This document shows, piece after piece, positions 1 to 13,876 of a stretch of DNA of 64,000 bases. Source of the DNA: Squalus acanthias (Eukaryota); NCBI GenBank assembly GCA_030390025.1, contig CM059425.1, forward strand, positions 172,238,001 to 172,302,000, given 5' to 3'. The first letter of the stretch is position 1. Every line of letters begins with the position of its first letter. The position numbers were made by a program, and so were the translations under genes. The notes beneath the pieces were generated by a model. That model did no database searches and was not told the DNA's origin. It was given only the letters and a program-made list of their open reading frames with translations.

Positions 1-409
1 CGCAAATTAGGGCTAATAAGTTTAAGTTGTTTGGTTTACTAACTGAAATTATAACTGGTTATAAATTTGTTATCGTGAATAGATTTTGTGCAACTTGCAC
101 CGTGATTGTTTTTGCTAGTGCAGCAACAAAATCGGTACGAAGTCAAATTCGCATCATGTGTAAAAAAAAAAATTGGGTTTTGTTTCGCTGATCCCATGTT
201 TTTATATTCTGCTGTGATTATTTGCACAAACATCTTTGTGGCCTTTTTGCATGCGCACCTGATTCCCTTCAGCGCCTGCGCGCTATATACTGGAGCCACG
301 CATGCGCAGGACCCAAAGGTGCCACAGTTGCAGCCTGCATCGTGGGCCACGCTTTCCTCGGCTACGTGCGGAGAAGGTCAGGGGATCCGTTGGTGGCCGG
401 TGGGGTGGG

Positions 410-1329
410 AAGAGAGAGGGTCGAAAGGGGGGGGGGGGGGGGAGAGAGAGAGAGAGAGAGAGGGTCGAAAGGGGGGGGGAGAGAGGGTCGAAAGGGGGGG
501 GGAGAGAGGGTCGAGAGGGTCGAAAGGGGAGAGAGAGAGAGAGAGGGTCGAAAGGGGAAAGAGAGAGAGAGGGTCGAAAGGGGAAAGAGAGAGAGAGAGG
601 GTCAAAAGGGGAAAGAGAGAGAGAGAGAGGGTCAAAAGGGGAAAGAGAGAGAGAGAGAGGGTCGAAAGGGGAAAGAGAGAGAGAGAGGGTCAAAAGGGGA
701 AAGAGAGAGAGAGGGTCGAAAGGGGAAAGAGAGAGAGAGAGGGTCGAAAGGGGAAAGAGAGAGAGGATCGAAAGGGGAAAGAGAGAGAGAGAGGGTCGAA
801 AGGGGAAAGAGAGAGAGAGAGGGTCGAAAGGGGAAAGAGAGAGAGAGAGGGTCGAAAGGGGAAAGAGAGAGAGAGAGGGTCGAAAGGGGAAAGAGAGAGA
901 GAGAGGGTCAAAAGGGGAAAGAGAGAGAGAGGGTCGAAAGGGGAAAGAGAGAGAGAGAGGGTCGAAAGGGGAAAGAGAGAGAGAGAGGGTCGAAAGGGGA
1001 AAGAGAGAGAGAGAGGATCGAAAGGGGAAAGAGAGAGAGAGAGGGTCGAAAGGGGAAAGAGAGAGAGAGAGGGTCGAAAGGGGAAAGAGAGAGAGAGAGG
1101 GTCGAAAGGGGAAAGAGAGAGAGAGAGGGTCGAAAGGGGAAAGAGAGAGAGAGAGAGTCGAAAGGGGAAAGAGAGAGAGAGAGAGTCGAAAGGGGAAAGA
1201 GAGAGAGAGAGGGTCGAAAGGGGAGAGAGAGAGAGGGTCGAAAGGGGAGAGAGAGAGGGTCGAAAGGGGAGAGAGAGAGAGGGTCGAAGGGGAGAGAGAA
1301 AGAGGGTCGAAGGGGGAGAGAGAGAGAGG
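410..1329. repeat. Polypurine minisatellite, unit ~GGGTCGAAAGGGGAAA(GA)n (~26-30 bp)
   Basis: Directly visible tandem array. It produces the spurious G/E/R-rich and S/L/P-rich ORFs. Confidence 0.95.
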
Positions 1330-2877
1330 TTCTCGCTCCTCAGGTACAGTCTCCCTCTCCTTCAAATCTGCCATCATCACCTCTCTCAAAAAAACAACCC
1401 TTGATCCCTCCGTCCTTGCAAACTACCGCCCTATCTCCAACCTCCCTTTCCTCTCCAAAGTCCTTGAACGTGTTGTCACCTCCCAAATCCATGCCCATCT
1501 TTCCCGCAATTCCATGTTTGAATCCTTCCAATCAGGTTTCCGCCCTTGTCACAGTACCGAAACGGCTCTCATCAAAGTCACAAATGGCATCCTTTGTGAC
1601 TGACAAAGGTAAAATATCCCTCCTCGCCCTTATTGACTTGTCTGCAGCTTTTGACACGGTTGACCACTCCATCCTTCTCCAACGCCTCTCCACCGTCGTC
1701 CAGCTGGGTGGGACTGCACTCGCCTGGTTCCATTCTTATCTATCTAATTGTAGCCAGAGAATCACCTGCAACGGCTTCTCTTCCCGCTCCCGCATTGTTA
1801 CCTCTGGTGTCCCCCAAGGATCTATCCTTGGCCCCCTCCTATTTCTCATCTACATGTTGCCCCTTGGCGACATCATCCGAAAACACAGCGTCAGTTTCCA
1901 CATGTATGCTGACGACACCCAGCTTTAACCCTAACCCTCACTACCACTTCTCTCAACCCCTCCACGGTCTCTAAATTGTCAGACTACTTGTCTGACATAA
2001 AATTCTGGATGAGCAGAAATTTTCTCCAATTAAATATTGGGAAGACCGAAGCCATTGTTTTCGGTCCCTGCCACAAACTCCGTTCCCTAGCGACTGACTC
2101 CATCTCTCTCCCTAACATCTGTCTGAGGCTGAACCAAACTGTTCGCAATCTTGGTGTCATATTTGACCCTGAAATGAGCTTCCGACCACATATCCGCAGC
2201 ATAACAAAGACCGCCTATTTCCACCTCGGTAACATCGTCCGTCTCCACCCTTGCCTCAGCATATCAGCTCATGTGCTGCTGAAACCCTCATCCATGCCTT
2301 TGTTACCTCTCGACTTGATTATTTCAACGCACTTCTGGCTGGCCTCCCACATTCTATCCGATGTAAACTTGAGGTCATCCAAAACTTGGCTGCCCGTGTC
2401 CTAACTCGCACCAAGTCCTGTTCACCCATCACCCATGTGCTGCATTGGCTCCTGGTTAAGCACCACCTCGATTTCAAAATTCTCATCCTTGTTTTCAAAT
2501 CCCACCATGGCCTCACCCCTCCCTATCTCCGTAATCTCCTTCAGCCCCACAACCCCCCCCCCGAGATATCTGCGCTCCTCTAATTCTGCCCTCTTGAGGA
2601 TCCCTGAGTATAATCGCTCAACCATTGGTGGCTGTGCCTTCTGTTGCCTAGGCCCCAGGGAATTCCTTACCTAAACCTCTACGCCACGCTACCTCTCTTT
2701 CCTCCTTTAAGACGCTCCTTAAAACCTACCTCTTTTACCAAGCTTTTGGTCACCTGCCCTAATTTATCCTTATGTGGCTCGGTGTCAATTTTTTTTGTCT
2801 TATAATACTCCTGTGCAGCGCCTTGGGACGTTTTACTACGTTAATGGCGCTATATAAATACAAGTAGTTGTTGTTGT
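1330..2877 (+). mobile_element. L2 LINE, 5'-truncated, decayed RT ORF plus 3' UTR
   Basis: Frameshifted RT motifs NYRPISNLPFLSKVLERVV, QSGFRPCHSTETAL, DLSAAFDTVDH, GVPQGSILGPLLF and YADDTQL. It ends in an L2-type tail (gcgccttgggacgttttactacgttaatggcgctatataaat...(tgt)n). Confidence 0.93.
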
Positions 2878-5800
2878 CGAGAGGGAGAGGGTCAAAAGGG
2901 GAGAGAGAGGGTCGAAGGGGGGGTGAGAGGGGGGAGAGAGAGCGAGGGTCGAAGGGGGGAGAGAGGGAGGGGATCGGGGAAGAGAGGGAGGAGGACGGGG
3001 ATCGGGGGGGAGGGAGGGGTTTTGGGGGAAAGAGAGAGGTGGGGATCGGAGGGGAGGGGATGGGAGAGAGAGAGAGAAAAGAGGGGATCAGGGGAAGAGA
3101 AAGAGGGAATGGGGGTGAGAGATGGGGATGGGATGGAGAGGGGATGGGAGGGATGGGATGGGAGAGGGGGAGGGGAGGAGATGGGAGAGAGGGAGGGGAG
3201 GGGAGGAGATGGGAGAGAGGGAGGGGAGGGTGGGAGAGAGGGAGGGGAGGGGAGGAGATGGGAGAGGGGAGGGGAGGAGATGGGAGAGAGGGAGGGGAGG
3301 AGATGGGAGAGAGGGAGGGGAGGAGATGGGAGAGAGGGAGGGGAGGAGATGGGAGAGAGGGAGGGGAGGAGATGGGAGAGAGGGAGGGGAGGAGATGGGA
3401 GAGAGGGAGGGGAGGAGATGGGAGAGAGGGAGGGGAGGAGATGGGAGAGAGGGAGGGGAGGAGATGGGAGAGAGGGAGGGGAGGAGATGGGAGAGAGGGA
3501 GGGGAGGAGATGGGAGAGAGGGAGGGGAGGAGATGGGAGAGAGGGAGGGGAGGAGATGGGAGAGAGGGAGGGGAGGAGATGGAGAGAGGGAGGGGAGGAG
3601 ATGGGAGAGGGAGGGGAGGAGATGGGAGAGAGGGAGGGGAGGAGATGGGAGAGAGGGAGGGGAGGAGATGGGAGAGAGGGAGGGGAGGAGATGGGAGAGA
3701 GGGAGGGGAGGAGATGGGAGAGAGGGAGGGGAGGAGATGGGAGAGAGGGAGGGGAGGAGATGGGAGAGAGGAGGGGAGGAGATGGGAGAGAGGGAGGGGA
3801 GGAGATGGGAGAGAGGGAGGGGAGGAGATGGGAGAGAGGGAGGGGAGGAGATGGGAGAGAGGGAGGGGAGGAGATGGGAGAGAGGGAGGGGAGGAGATGG
3901 GAGAGAGGGAGGGGAGGAGATGGGAGAGAGGGAGGGGAGGAGATGGGAGAGAGGGAGGGGAGGAGATGGGAGAGAGGGAGGGGAGGAGATGGGAGAGAGG
4001 GAGGGGAGGAGATGGGAGAGAGGGAGGGGAGGAGATGGGAGAGAGGGAGGGGAGGAGATGGGAGAGAGGGAGGGGAGGAGATGGGAGAGAGGGAGGGGAG
4101 GAGATGGGAGAGAGGGAGGGGAGGAGATGGGAGAGAGGGAGGGGAGGAGATGGGAGAGAGGGAGGGGAGGAGATGGGAGAGAGGGAGGGGAGGAGATGGG
4201 AGAGAGGGAGGGGAGGAGATGGAGAGAGGGGAGGGGAGGAGATGGGAGAGAGGGAGGGGAGGAGATGGGAGAGAGGGAGGGGAGGAGATGGGAGAGAGGG
4301 AGGGGAGGAGATGGGAGAGGAGGAGGGGAGGAGATGGGAGAGAGGGAGGGGAGGAGATGGGAGAGAGGGAGGGGAGGAGATGGGAGAGAGGGAGGGGAGG
4401 AGATGGGAGAGAGGGAGGGGAGGAGATGGGAGAGAGGGAGGGGAGGAGATGGGAGAGGGGGAGGGGAGGAGATGGGAGAGAGGGAGGGGAGGAGATGGGA
4501 GAGAGGGAGGGGAGGAGATGGAGAGAGGGAGGGGAGGAGATGGGAGAGAGGGAGGGGAGGGGAGGAGATGGGAGAGAGGGAGGGGAGGGGAGGAGATGGG
4601 AGAGAGGGAGGGGAGGGGAGGAGATGGGAGAGAGGGAGGGGAGGGGAGGAGATGGGAGAGAGGGAGGGGAGGGGAGGGGAGGAGATGGAGAGAGGGAGGG
4701 GAGGGGAGGGAGGGGATGGGAGAGAGGATGGGAGAGAGGATGGGAGAGGGAGGGGAGAGAGGATGGGAGAGAGGATGGGAGAGGGAGGGGATGGGATGGG
4801 AGAGAGGGAGGGGATGGGATGGGAGAGAAAGGGAGGGGATGGGAGAGAGAGGGGGATGGGGGGAGGGAGGGGAGGGGATGGGGGGAGGGAGGGATGGGAT
4901 GGGAGAGAGAGAGAGGGAGGGGATGGGAGAGAGAGAGGGAGGGGATGGGAGAGAGAGAGGGAGGGGATGGGAGAGAGAGAGGGAGGGGATGGAGAGAGAG
5001 AGGGAGGGGATGGGAGAGAGAGAGGGAGGGGATGGGAGAGAGAGAGGGGAGGGGATGGGAGAGAGAGAGGGAGGGGATGAGAGAGAGAGAGGGAGGGGAT
5101 GGGAGAGAGAGAGAGGAGGGAGGGGATGGAGTGTGGGAGAGAGAGGAGGGAGGGGATGGAGTGTGGGAGAGAGAGGAGGGAGGGGATGGGAGAGAGAGGA
5201 GGGAGGGGATGGGAGAGAGAGGAGGGAGGGGATGGGAGAGAGAGGAGGGAGGGGATGGGAGAGAGAGAGGGAGGGGATGGGAGAGAGAGAGAGGGAGGGG
5301 ATGGGAGAGAGAGAGAGGGAGGGGATGGGAGAGAGAGAGAGGGAGGGGATGGGAGAGAGAGAGAGGGAGGGGATGGGAGAGAGAGAGAGGGAGGGGATGG
5401 GAGAGAGAGAGAGGGAGGGGATGGGAGAGAGAGAGAGGGAGGGGATGGGAGAGAGAGGAGGGAGGGGATGGGAGAGAGAGGAGGGAGGGGATGGGAGAGA
5501 GGGGAGGAGGGGATGGGAGAGAGAGAGGGAGGGGATGGGAGAGAGAGAGGGAGGGGATGGGAGAGAGAGAGGGAGGGGATGGGAGAGAGAGAGGGAGGGG
5601 ATGGGAGAGAGAGAGGGAGGGGATGGGAGAGAGAGAGGGAGGGGATGGGAGAGAGAGAGGGAGGGGATGGGAGAGAGAGAGGGAGGGGATGGGAGAGAGA
5701 GAGGGAGGGGATGGGAGAGAGAGAGGGAGGGGATGGGAGAGGGAGGGAGGGAGGGGATGGGAGAGAGAGGGAGGGAGGGGATGGGAGAGGGAGGGAGGGG

Positions 5801-6830
5801 ATGGGAGAGAGAGGGAGGGAGGGGATGGGAGAGAGAGGGAGGGAGGGGATGGGAGAGAGAGGGAGGGAGGGGATGGGAGAGAGAGGGAGGAGGGATGGGA
5901 GAGAGAGGGAGGGGATGGGATGGGAGAGAGAGGGAGGGAGGGAGGGGATGGGAGAGAGAGGGAGGGAGGGGATGGGAGAGAGAGAGGGAGGGAGGGGATG
6001 GGAGAGAGAGGGAGGGAGGGGATGGGAGAGAGAGGGAGGGAGGGGATGGGAGAGAGAGGGAGGGAGGGGATGGGAGAGAGAGGGAGGGAGGGGATGGGAG
6101 AGAGAGGGAGGGAGGGGATGGGAGAGAGAGGGAGGGAGGGGATGGGAGAGAGAGGGAGGGAGGGGATGGGAGAGGGAGGGAGGGGATGGGAGAGAGAGGG
6201 AGGGGATGGGAGAGAGGGAGGGAGGGAGGGGATGGGAGAGAGGGAGGGAGGGAGGGGATGGGAGAGAGGGAGGGAGGGAGGGGATGGGAGAGAGGGAGGG
6301 AGGGGATGGGAGAGAGGAGGGAGGGGATGGGAGAGAGGGAGGGAGGGGATGGGAGAGAGGGAGGGAGGGGATGGGAGAGAGGGAGGGAGGGGATGGGAGA
6401 GAGGGAGGAGGGGGGGAGAGAGGGAGGAAGGGAATGGGAGAGAGGGGGAAGGAGGGGATGGAGAGAGGGGGAAGGAGGGGATGGAGAGAGGGGGAAGGAG
6501 GGGATGGCGAGAGGGGGAAGGAGGGGATGGCGAGAGGGGGAAGGAGGGGATGGCGAGAGGGGGAAGGAGGTGCTGGACGAGAGAGGGAGGGAGGGGATGG
6601 GCGAGAGAGAGGGAGGAGATCGGAGGGGCGAGAGAGAGGGAGGAGATCGGAGTGGGGAGAGAGAGAGTGAGGGAGGAGATCGGAGAGGGAGGGAGGGAGG
6701 AGATCGGAGGGGGGCAGAGAGAGAGAGGCTCGGAGTGTTGAGAGAAGGAGGGAGGAAGGAGATCGGAGAGGGGGAGAGAGAGAGGCTCGGAGTGGGGAGA
6801 GGAGGTATGGACTTGGGCAAGGGGAGAAGG
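2878..6830. repeat. ~4-kb polypurine satellite; 23-bp unit GGGAGAGAGGGAGGGGAGGAGAT grading into GGGATGGGA(GA)nGGGAG variants
   Basis: Directly visible; the + strand is almost exclusively G/A. Confidence 0.95.
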
Positions 6831-7495
6831 TCAGGAACCCGGGGGTGGGGGGAGAGAGACGGTCAGGAACCCTGGGTTGGGGGGGTATGATATTTCCATA
6901 TCCTGGTAGCACAGGGATCATAATGCAGAGAGTATTTAATTAGTTTTGTCTGCCCTTATTATAATCTTTTAATGTCTTTTTGCAGCAGCTAGATGTTTAG
7001 CCCCTTTTTAAAAGAAAAGTTAATTGTCATTGCATTAATTACTTTTTATGGGTTGATTCCATTTATGTGCTACTCTGAGTAGAATGGGAATTCCTCTGAT
7101 CTCTCGACTTAATAAATCTTAATTTTGTAATGGCGTTCTCTTTAATAATGTGTTTACCACTTTACCATTTAAAATAATTGATTGTTTCTCCTTGCAATCT
7201 TCTTTTCTCCAATAAAACAAGTTCACTTCTGTGAGCCTCTTTGTAACCTAGAACATGAAATCAGCCTTATTTTTCTCTGATCCCATCCAGTAGCTCACTA
7301 TCCTTCAGAAAATAAGGTGCCCAAAACTGCAGACAATATTGTAACTGTGGCATTACTGTTGAGTTATATAAGATTCCTCAAGATGAATCCCAGAACTTGA
7401 TTAGCTTTATTTATAACTAGTGCAAGTCCTTTCATGTCTGATTCTGTGAATGTCTACTTCTATACTAACTGAGCATTATTATGATTTGTTAATCA

Positions 7496-8346
7496 GGTAC
7501 CACAATTTTGCAGAGTCAGAGGCAGTGAAGTCGCCAGTTCCTGCCTAGTTCTGGCAGGATATTTTCAGTGAATAGTTAATTTCACATTTGTATTGGCACA
7601 AAAATTGCCGAAGCAGGCCAACGAATGGCGCCCACTGTTATTTAGACTTGCCCTTGCCCGTTTAATGTCTGATATTTGGCCCTGCAAGTTGCTGGAAGTG
7701 TGAGATGGAAATGGCGTGGCACCCTCAACAGGGGCATCTGGAATCTGAGCGAACAGGGCGAACAACTGTGTATTTCCTTAATCAATCACGTTGAAGGATT
7801 CTGAAATTAACAGCGCAAAGACTGAGAAGGAAGTGTAACTTAGAATGGTGAATTCAATGTCAAATCAGGTACAGGAAAAGAAATAGAAGGATTGGATTAT
7901 GAGAGAGAGAAGGAAATGTAAAAAAAAAAGTAATTTTAATTTCTTTTAAAAAAAAATCTCCACGACAATTAAAACCTGAAGGAATGAGACTCCACATTTG
8001 TAAAAGTTAATTTACTGGGCCAGAGAGGTTGACTTGCAGTAATTAACACTTACCACGTTGTTAAAAGGGTACTTAGACTTGAAATTACTTGACTTAACTT
8101 TCTGTGGTGAGTTTACTTCGTATCTATCGTGCAGGTGCAGGAACTTCACGCATTTCAATGGGGTGCCAGACAGCACCATGCCGTTTTCACAAAGGTAATG
8201 GCAGAGCAGCGCATCTCCGACAGCAACTTCTCGATTTCCACATGTAATCGCGCATGTGCCCTCGCCTGAAGTTGCTGTGGCATTTGCATATAAATAACGG
8301 CAAGCGGCATTAGCCTCACTGTTACTTTGGTAACAATTTTGGGCCA
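7496..8346. mobile_element. Degenerate non-autonomous DNA transposon (Harbinger-type MITE)
   Basis: Right end caattttgggcca resembles the other MITE termini in the window. GC-rich arms surround an AT-rich core. The left end is poorly defined. Confidence 0.5.
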
Positions 8347-8392
8347 TTGTTACCTTTTCTTTTTACCCATGTTAAACTATGCATGCTGTTGT

Positions 8393-8909
<517 letters not shown>

Positions 8910-10231
8910 TGAAAATGAAAACATTTTTTTAAAGCCATTATGCAACAATTGAAGTCAGTATTTCGACAACTTCAGGCTTATAATAATTATTAAGAAAACA
9001 CCATCATACTTCAGGAATATTAAATTTGTCATCTGGGAGATTTGTGCACCTTTATGTAGCTTTTTGAAGTGTCTACAAATATGACACGCTGTCAAAGTTA
9101 TATAATTGTGAAGATGGGCACAAAAGTTAATGTATAATCTTCTTCACAGGATTACAGTAAAATTTTGGATTAAACTTGAAGAATAAATGGAGGAATCAAA
9201 CAGTTGAAGATGCATTTGATGCCAATAGTATCAGGGCCTCCATGACTACTCCATACAGTGCCCTAATAAAAGTGCTTCTCTGGGTGCAATCTCCATTCTT
9301 TCCTCCACAAGCTCAGTTGCTTCATCACTGGATCTGCATCCAGAAATGAATTGTAATCTAGTTTTTTGTGGTAAAGACTTTTCCATATCTGTATGTTGTG
9401 ATAGTTATCTTGAGTGATTGTCTTCATAGAGCAATCTACTGGCTTTTTGCCAGTTTTCTTCCATGTTCCTGTGTGCTTTGACTTCCGTGGGGTATAGTTT
9501 CACGTGCTGGTTGCTTTCTGTTTCCTCGTCTCAGTGACCATTCTTTATGTGTAACCCAAAATAGTGACTGCAGGAAGACTATTTGATGGGGATGGGGGTA
9601 GAAGGGAATATCATAAATCCCAGTCCAAGCCTGTTGTCACCTGCACTTTGTGGCAGGAATCATTAGTTACTATAAGGGGTGTAATTCCTGGCTGATTTTT
9701 TGGCTTTAATAATCCAGGGATGCTGAGGTTACTTAAAGCACACTTAATGACAATATGGCTAATTTCAGCTAACTTGGCACAAACTTGGAACCTTGTTAAT
9801 GCAAAATTAAAGATTTCAGCCGGCAGCTGACTGGTGGCATGCCAATGAGGCGCGGGAGTTAAAATTGCCTGGATCTCACACTGCTGAGATTGGGTAGGGG
9901 CTTGCCAATCGCCCACCCAGCCTGCCCGCTCGCCCGACTTATGCTCCCGGTTAAAATCGGAGCTTCCGTCTCATCCTTTGTCCAAAAGGGAATTGGTCTG
10001 TTTGTAAACTCTATATTGATTGTGCTGTAGAAAATTCCATAGGCTATTTGTAGCTTACTGATTTTATTTACTGGAGAATAGCTAATGAATGTCTTAAAGT
10101 TTTTTATTTTTGTAACTTTTGCCAGAAAAATAGATTCAAAATTTTCAAAAACTAACTGCAAGTTCAGAGAGGAATTTAATAGAATTACTGACTGTATGAA
10201 TAACAGAGAAGGACAAGAAAGGCGTGTGCGC

Positions 10232-10235
<4 letters not shown>

Positions 10236-10279
<44 letters not shown>
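10236..10279. repeat. (TG)n microsatellite
   Basis: Directly visible. Confidence 0.95.
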
Positions 10280-10280
<1 letters not shown>

Positions 10281-10662
10281 GGTAAGCTTATGGTACTTCC
10301 ATTGAGAGCATGGATTCTATTTCGTGCTTCCCCATCACACCCACCCTCTCCACAGCCTGGTGGAATCATCCTGTAGTTTTCACATTCCTGATTTGCCTCT
10401 CCTTCTCCCACCCAAGGGGAGCTGCACAGTTTCTTTTCAGTGCCTTTCCTGCACACCATGGCTGAAAATGGGAGCTCACACATGACTCCTTTTAGTCTAT
10501 GATTCTGCATTTTGGAACTCCAATGCACAGTGCTACTGGATCGCCTTACAGGATGTATTTATGATTCTTTTTCACTTTTGATCAATTGATTTTGAGGTTT
10601 TTTTAGATAAATTATCTTGACCTGCTACCCCAGCAGTTCATTGTCCCCAGAATATACACAAG

Positions 10663-10757
10663 TTTGTCTCTCCACAGATGCTGCCTGACCTGCTGAGTAT
10701 TTCCAGCATTTTCTGTTTTTATTTCAGATTTCCAGCATCCGCAGTATTTTGCTTTTG
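10663..10757 (+). mobile_element. Penelope-like 3' tail insertion with 10-bp target-site duplication
   Basis: Tail sequence gatgctgcctgacctgctgagt...gcagtattttgctttt is flanked by TATACACAAG at 10653-10662 and 10758-10767. Confidence 0.8.
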
Positions 10758-12846
10758 TATACACAAGCCATGTCAACTATAGTAATGATTTTTGCTGTGC
10801 TGTGTCTCAAAATTGTAGTGACTTAACAAAATATATGCATGAATTTTCTGAAAAAATAAAATATAAAAGAAAAGTTACTGTATGAAATTGTATTATGATT
10901 CCACTGGATGCATTTGAGCAGTACAGACCATTTATGGAATGTTTTAAATGTGTTGTGGATTTACTACGGGGTGTGTCATTTGTCACTTCTCATTACCCAC
11001 CCTTTGAATTCTGTTTATTGTCTCCAGTCTTTTCATTTGCCAAGCTAGCAATTTATCCACCTTATTACCATTTTCATAATAGTGGGCTTTCATGTGGAAA
11101 AGTGTGCGTTCTGTAAGTTTTGTGCTTTGAATGATCAATTGGTATTTAAGATTCGTTTTTTTGGAGGAGATTGTCTTTGGGTCTTCGATGAGTTATAACT
11201 GATCTTTGTTTTTTACTGCTATTGTTTGTCCTTGGATTTTGTCATTTTCCCCTTCCTCTTGTGAATTCTTAATCAACAAAACTGCTCCGCTTTATTGCTT
11301 TAATAAAATAGCCTACCTGGAGAATATCCGACCCACGTTTCAAAAGATTGCATTGTTACTTGTGCTAAGAAAATTCTACAGTTTGATTCATGGAGGAGAC
11401 GTGGTGTTAAAACCTTCAGCACTTTGCAGAACTCTGCTTTCTTTTTTGTTGCGTCCAATTGAATTCAAACATTGGTGTGATGAAAGATAGAAACAAACCC
11501 TTTTATGCACATGCATAACACCCAACTGCTTATCTTCCACCCATTTCTAATCTAATCTAACTTAACATTTTGGATTTGTGAGTTAAGGTATACTGCTGGC
11601 CTGTTGTCAGAGTCAACAAAAGTTCATTCGGGCCTGTTGAATAAGTTGCCCACAGAAATTGAACCTGACATTCTCTTGCCCCCCTCCCCCCTCCTGCCCA
11701 TCAAACAACTTCTTCCATTGATATTCAGAAATTATTTCTTCCAGTAAAATGTACAAGGATGGATCTTATAAATTGGGCAATATACAAGTGTCAGTAAACG
11801 AAACATGGTTTTGAATTTCTTTGACAATTTGAAATGATAAGTCTCTGTTAGTGGTAGAGCTTTTATGTAAAGTGGCTTTTATTTTTGTAACCTGCCAAGT
11901 ATAACTTTGCCAGCTAACCTCCTCTTGTAGCCAAGGCATCTTTGATCTTCATCCGTACTACTTGAACTATGGCAATATCATACTGCCGGCTCTTGTAAGC
12001 GCACAAGATTTTTTTTCTTTTCTAATTCGGTTGTCCATTTTCCTACTGTTTCATGGGACTGCAAAATTTAATTTGATATTGGTAGAATCTCTTTATTCTG
12101 TCAGGACTATTAAAAAGATAAATGCTGGAAATCTGAAGTAAAAATAGAAAATGGCAGCGATACTCAGCAGGTCTGTTGTCTGCGCCCAGAATATTATCCT
12201 GAGTTTTCTTTTTTCAAATGTTAATGGCCTTTGTATTGCCAGCATTGTCTGTTCTCATTTCATTAGGGCTCTTATTTGGTTTAATCTATTAGTTAGAGGT
12301 TAAGAATAGGATAGTGAATATAAGAATAAGCAAAGTTTCTTGCTTTCTCCATATTCGTTTTTAATATTCTCTTCATTATTGTCTCTTCATCTTCTTGGAT
12401 ATAATATTGATTTAGCATTGATAACTATTTGTGGCAAAGCAATCTATATTGATCAAAAAGTTGCTTCTGTTCTCCCCCTTTCCGTTTCTGGTGCTTATTT
12501 TGAGATCATGGCCTCTTGTCTTCTATTAGCCTACCAGTGGAAATAATTTCTCTATATTTACCTTATTATTCCTGTTATCATTTTGAACACCGATATCAAA
12601 TTTCCCCTCATCTTCTCAGTTCGAGAGAATACAGCCCTAGTTACTCTAGGTTTGCTTTGTAATATTGACAGCTAGTCCAAGGTATTATTCTTGTAAATAT
12701 GCATTCTCCAGGGCTATTGTAGAAGCTTCCAATTATCTGCCCATTCTCCAAGACTGTTTATATCCTCCTGTAATCTCCTCCATTATTCTTTCCCTATTTG
12801 CTGCTCCTCCCAGTTTTGCATCATCAATAAACTTTGATACATACCT

Positions 12847-13677
12847 AAAATAAAAACAAAAAATTGATGGAAACACTCAGCAGGACAGGCAGCATCTGTG
12901 GAGAGAGAAACAGAGTTAATGGGGTGAATTTTAACCCCAAAAATGGGTGGTTGGGGACGGGTGAGATGTTAAATTTCTAAAAATCTCAAACCGACTCCAA
13001 CCCAATCACTTCTGAGTTTAACGGAGGTGGGACAGGGGGCAGGCAGCCAACCTGCTCCAAGGAGGCGGGTTGGCAATTTAAATATTTCAATGAGGCTGGC
13101 AGCCTCTGATTTAACCTGCAGTTTTAACCCTGGCATGCTGGGTTTCCCAGGCTTTGGGAAGGACGGCGAGGACAGCTTTGGAGAGCAGGTAACTGCCTTT
13201 ACAACACTGCTGGTGGGCCAGGAGGAGCAGCAGTGCTCCCCCAGCCCCCCAAGCTTGCCTTCTTCCTTTGGATCAGACCTCTCCACCTCAGGGTTGGACC
13301 CCCTGTCCTCAGGGGCAGGGATCAGACCTCACCCCCCACGTACCCAGTAGCAGCTGCAAGCTCCTTACTTGCAGCTGTGGCCTGCTCTGGAGTGCTCCCC
13401 GCCTGACTGGAAGCCAAGTCAGGCTGACTTCTGGGTGGGGATCCTGGCAAAGAAAAAAGACGCACGCTGTGGAGTTAAAACTCCACAGCATGCGGGGAAA
13501 ACTGGACTTCCGAGTTTGCTGTCCGAAACTCCGTCCCCCACATATCAAACCTGCCCCTGTCAATATTGGGGCCAATGGTCCAGGTCGATGACCTTTCATC
13601 GGATGCTGGCTGACCTGAGTGTTTCCAGCATTTTCTGTTTTTTATTTTAAGATTTCTAGCATCCGCAGTATTTTGCT
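12847..13677. mobile_element. Penelope-like insertion with inverted pLTR, interrupted by a MITE (12921-13574)
   Basis: Minus-strand tail at 12847-12920 resumes at 13577-13602 and is followed by a plus-strand tail to 13677. Flanked by TTTGATACATACCT (12833-12846) and TTTGATATATACCT (13678-13691). Confidence 0.75.
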
Positions 13678-13876
13678 TTTGATATATACCTTGTGTTAAC
13701 AGGAGTCTAATGCTAAGTAATATTGTTGGGTCACTGGTTAGTCAGCAATGGGGACAGCATAGGATCTAGGAGCACTGTGGTGGTGGTGGTGGTGGTGGTG
13801 GTGGGGGGGGGGGGGGGGGGGTCTCAGGATTTAACAGTATTTTGAGGGGAAAATCTTCAGATCTGGATACACTGGC

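Noticed and set aside
106..6921. Very long G/E/R-rich and S/P/L-rich ORFs (up to 1353 aa)
   Set aside because: Artefacts of polypurine satellites that lack stop codons; open in nearly all frames.
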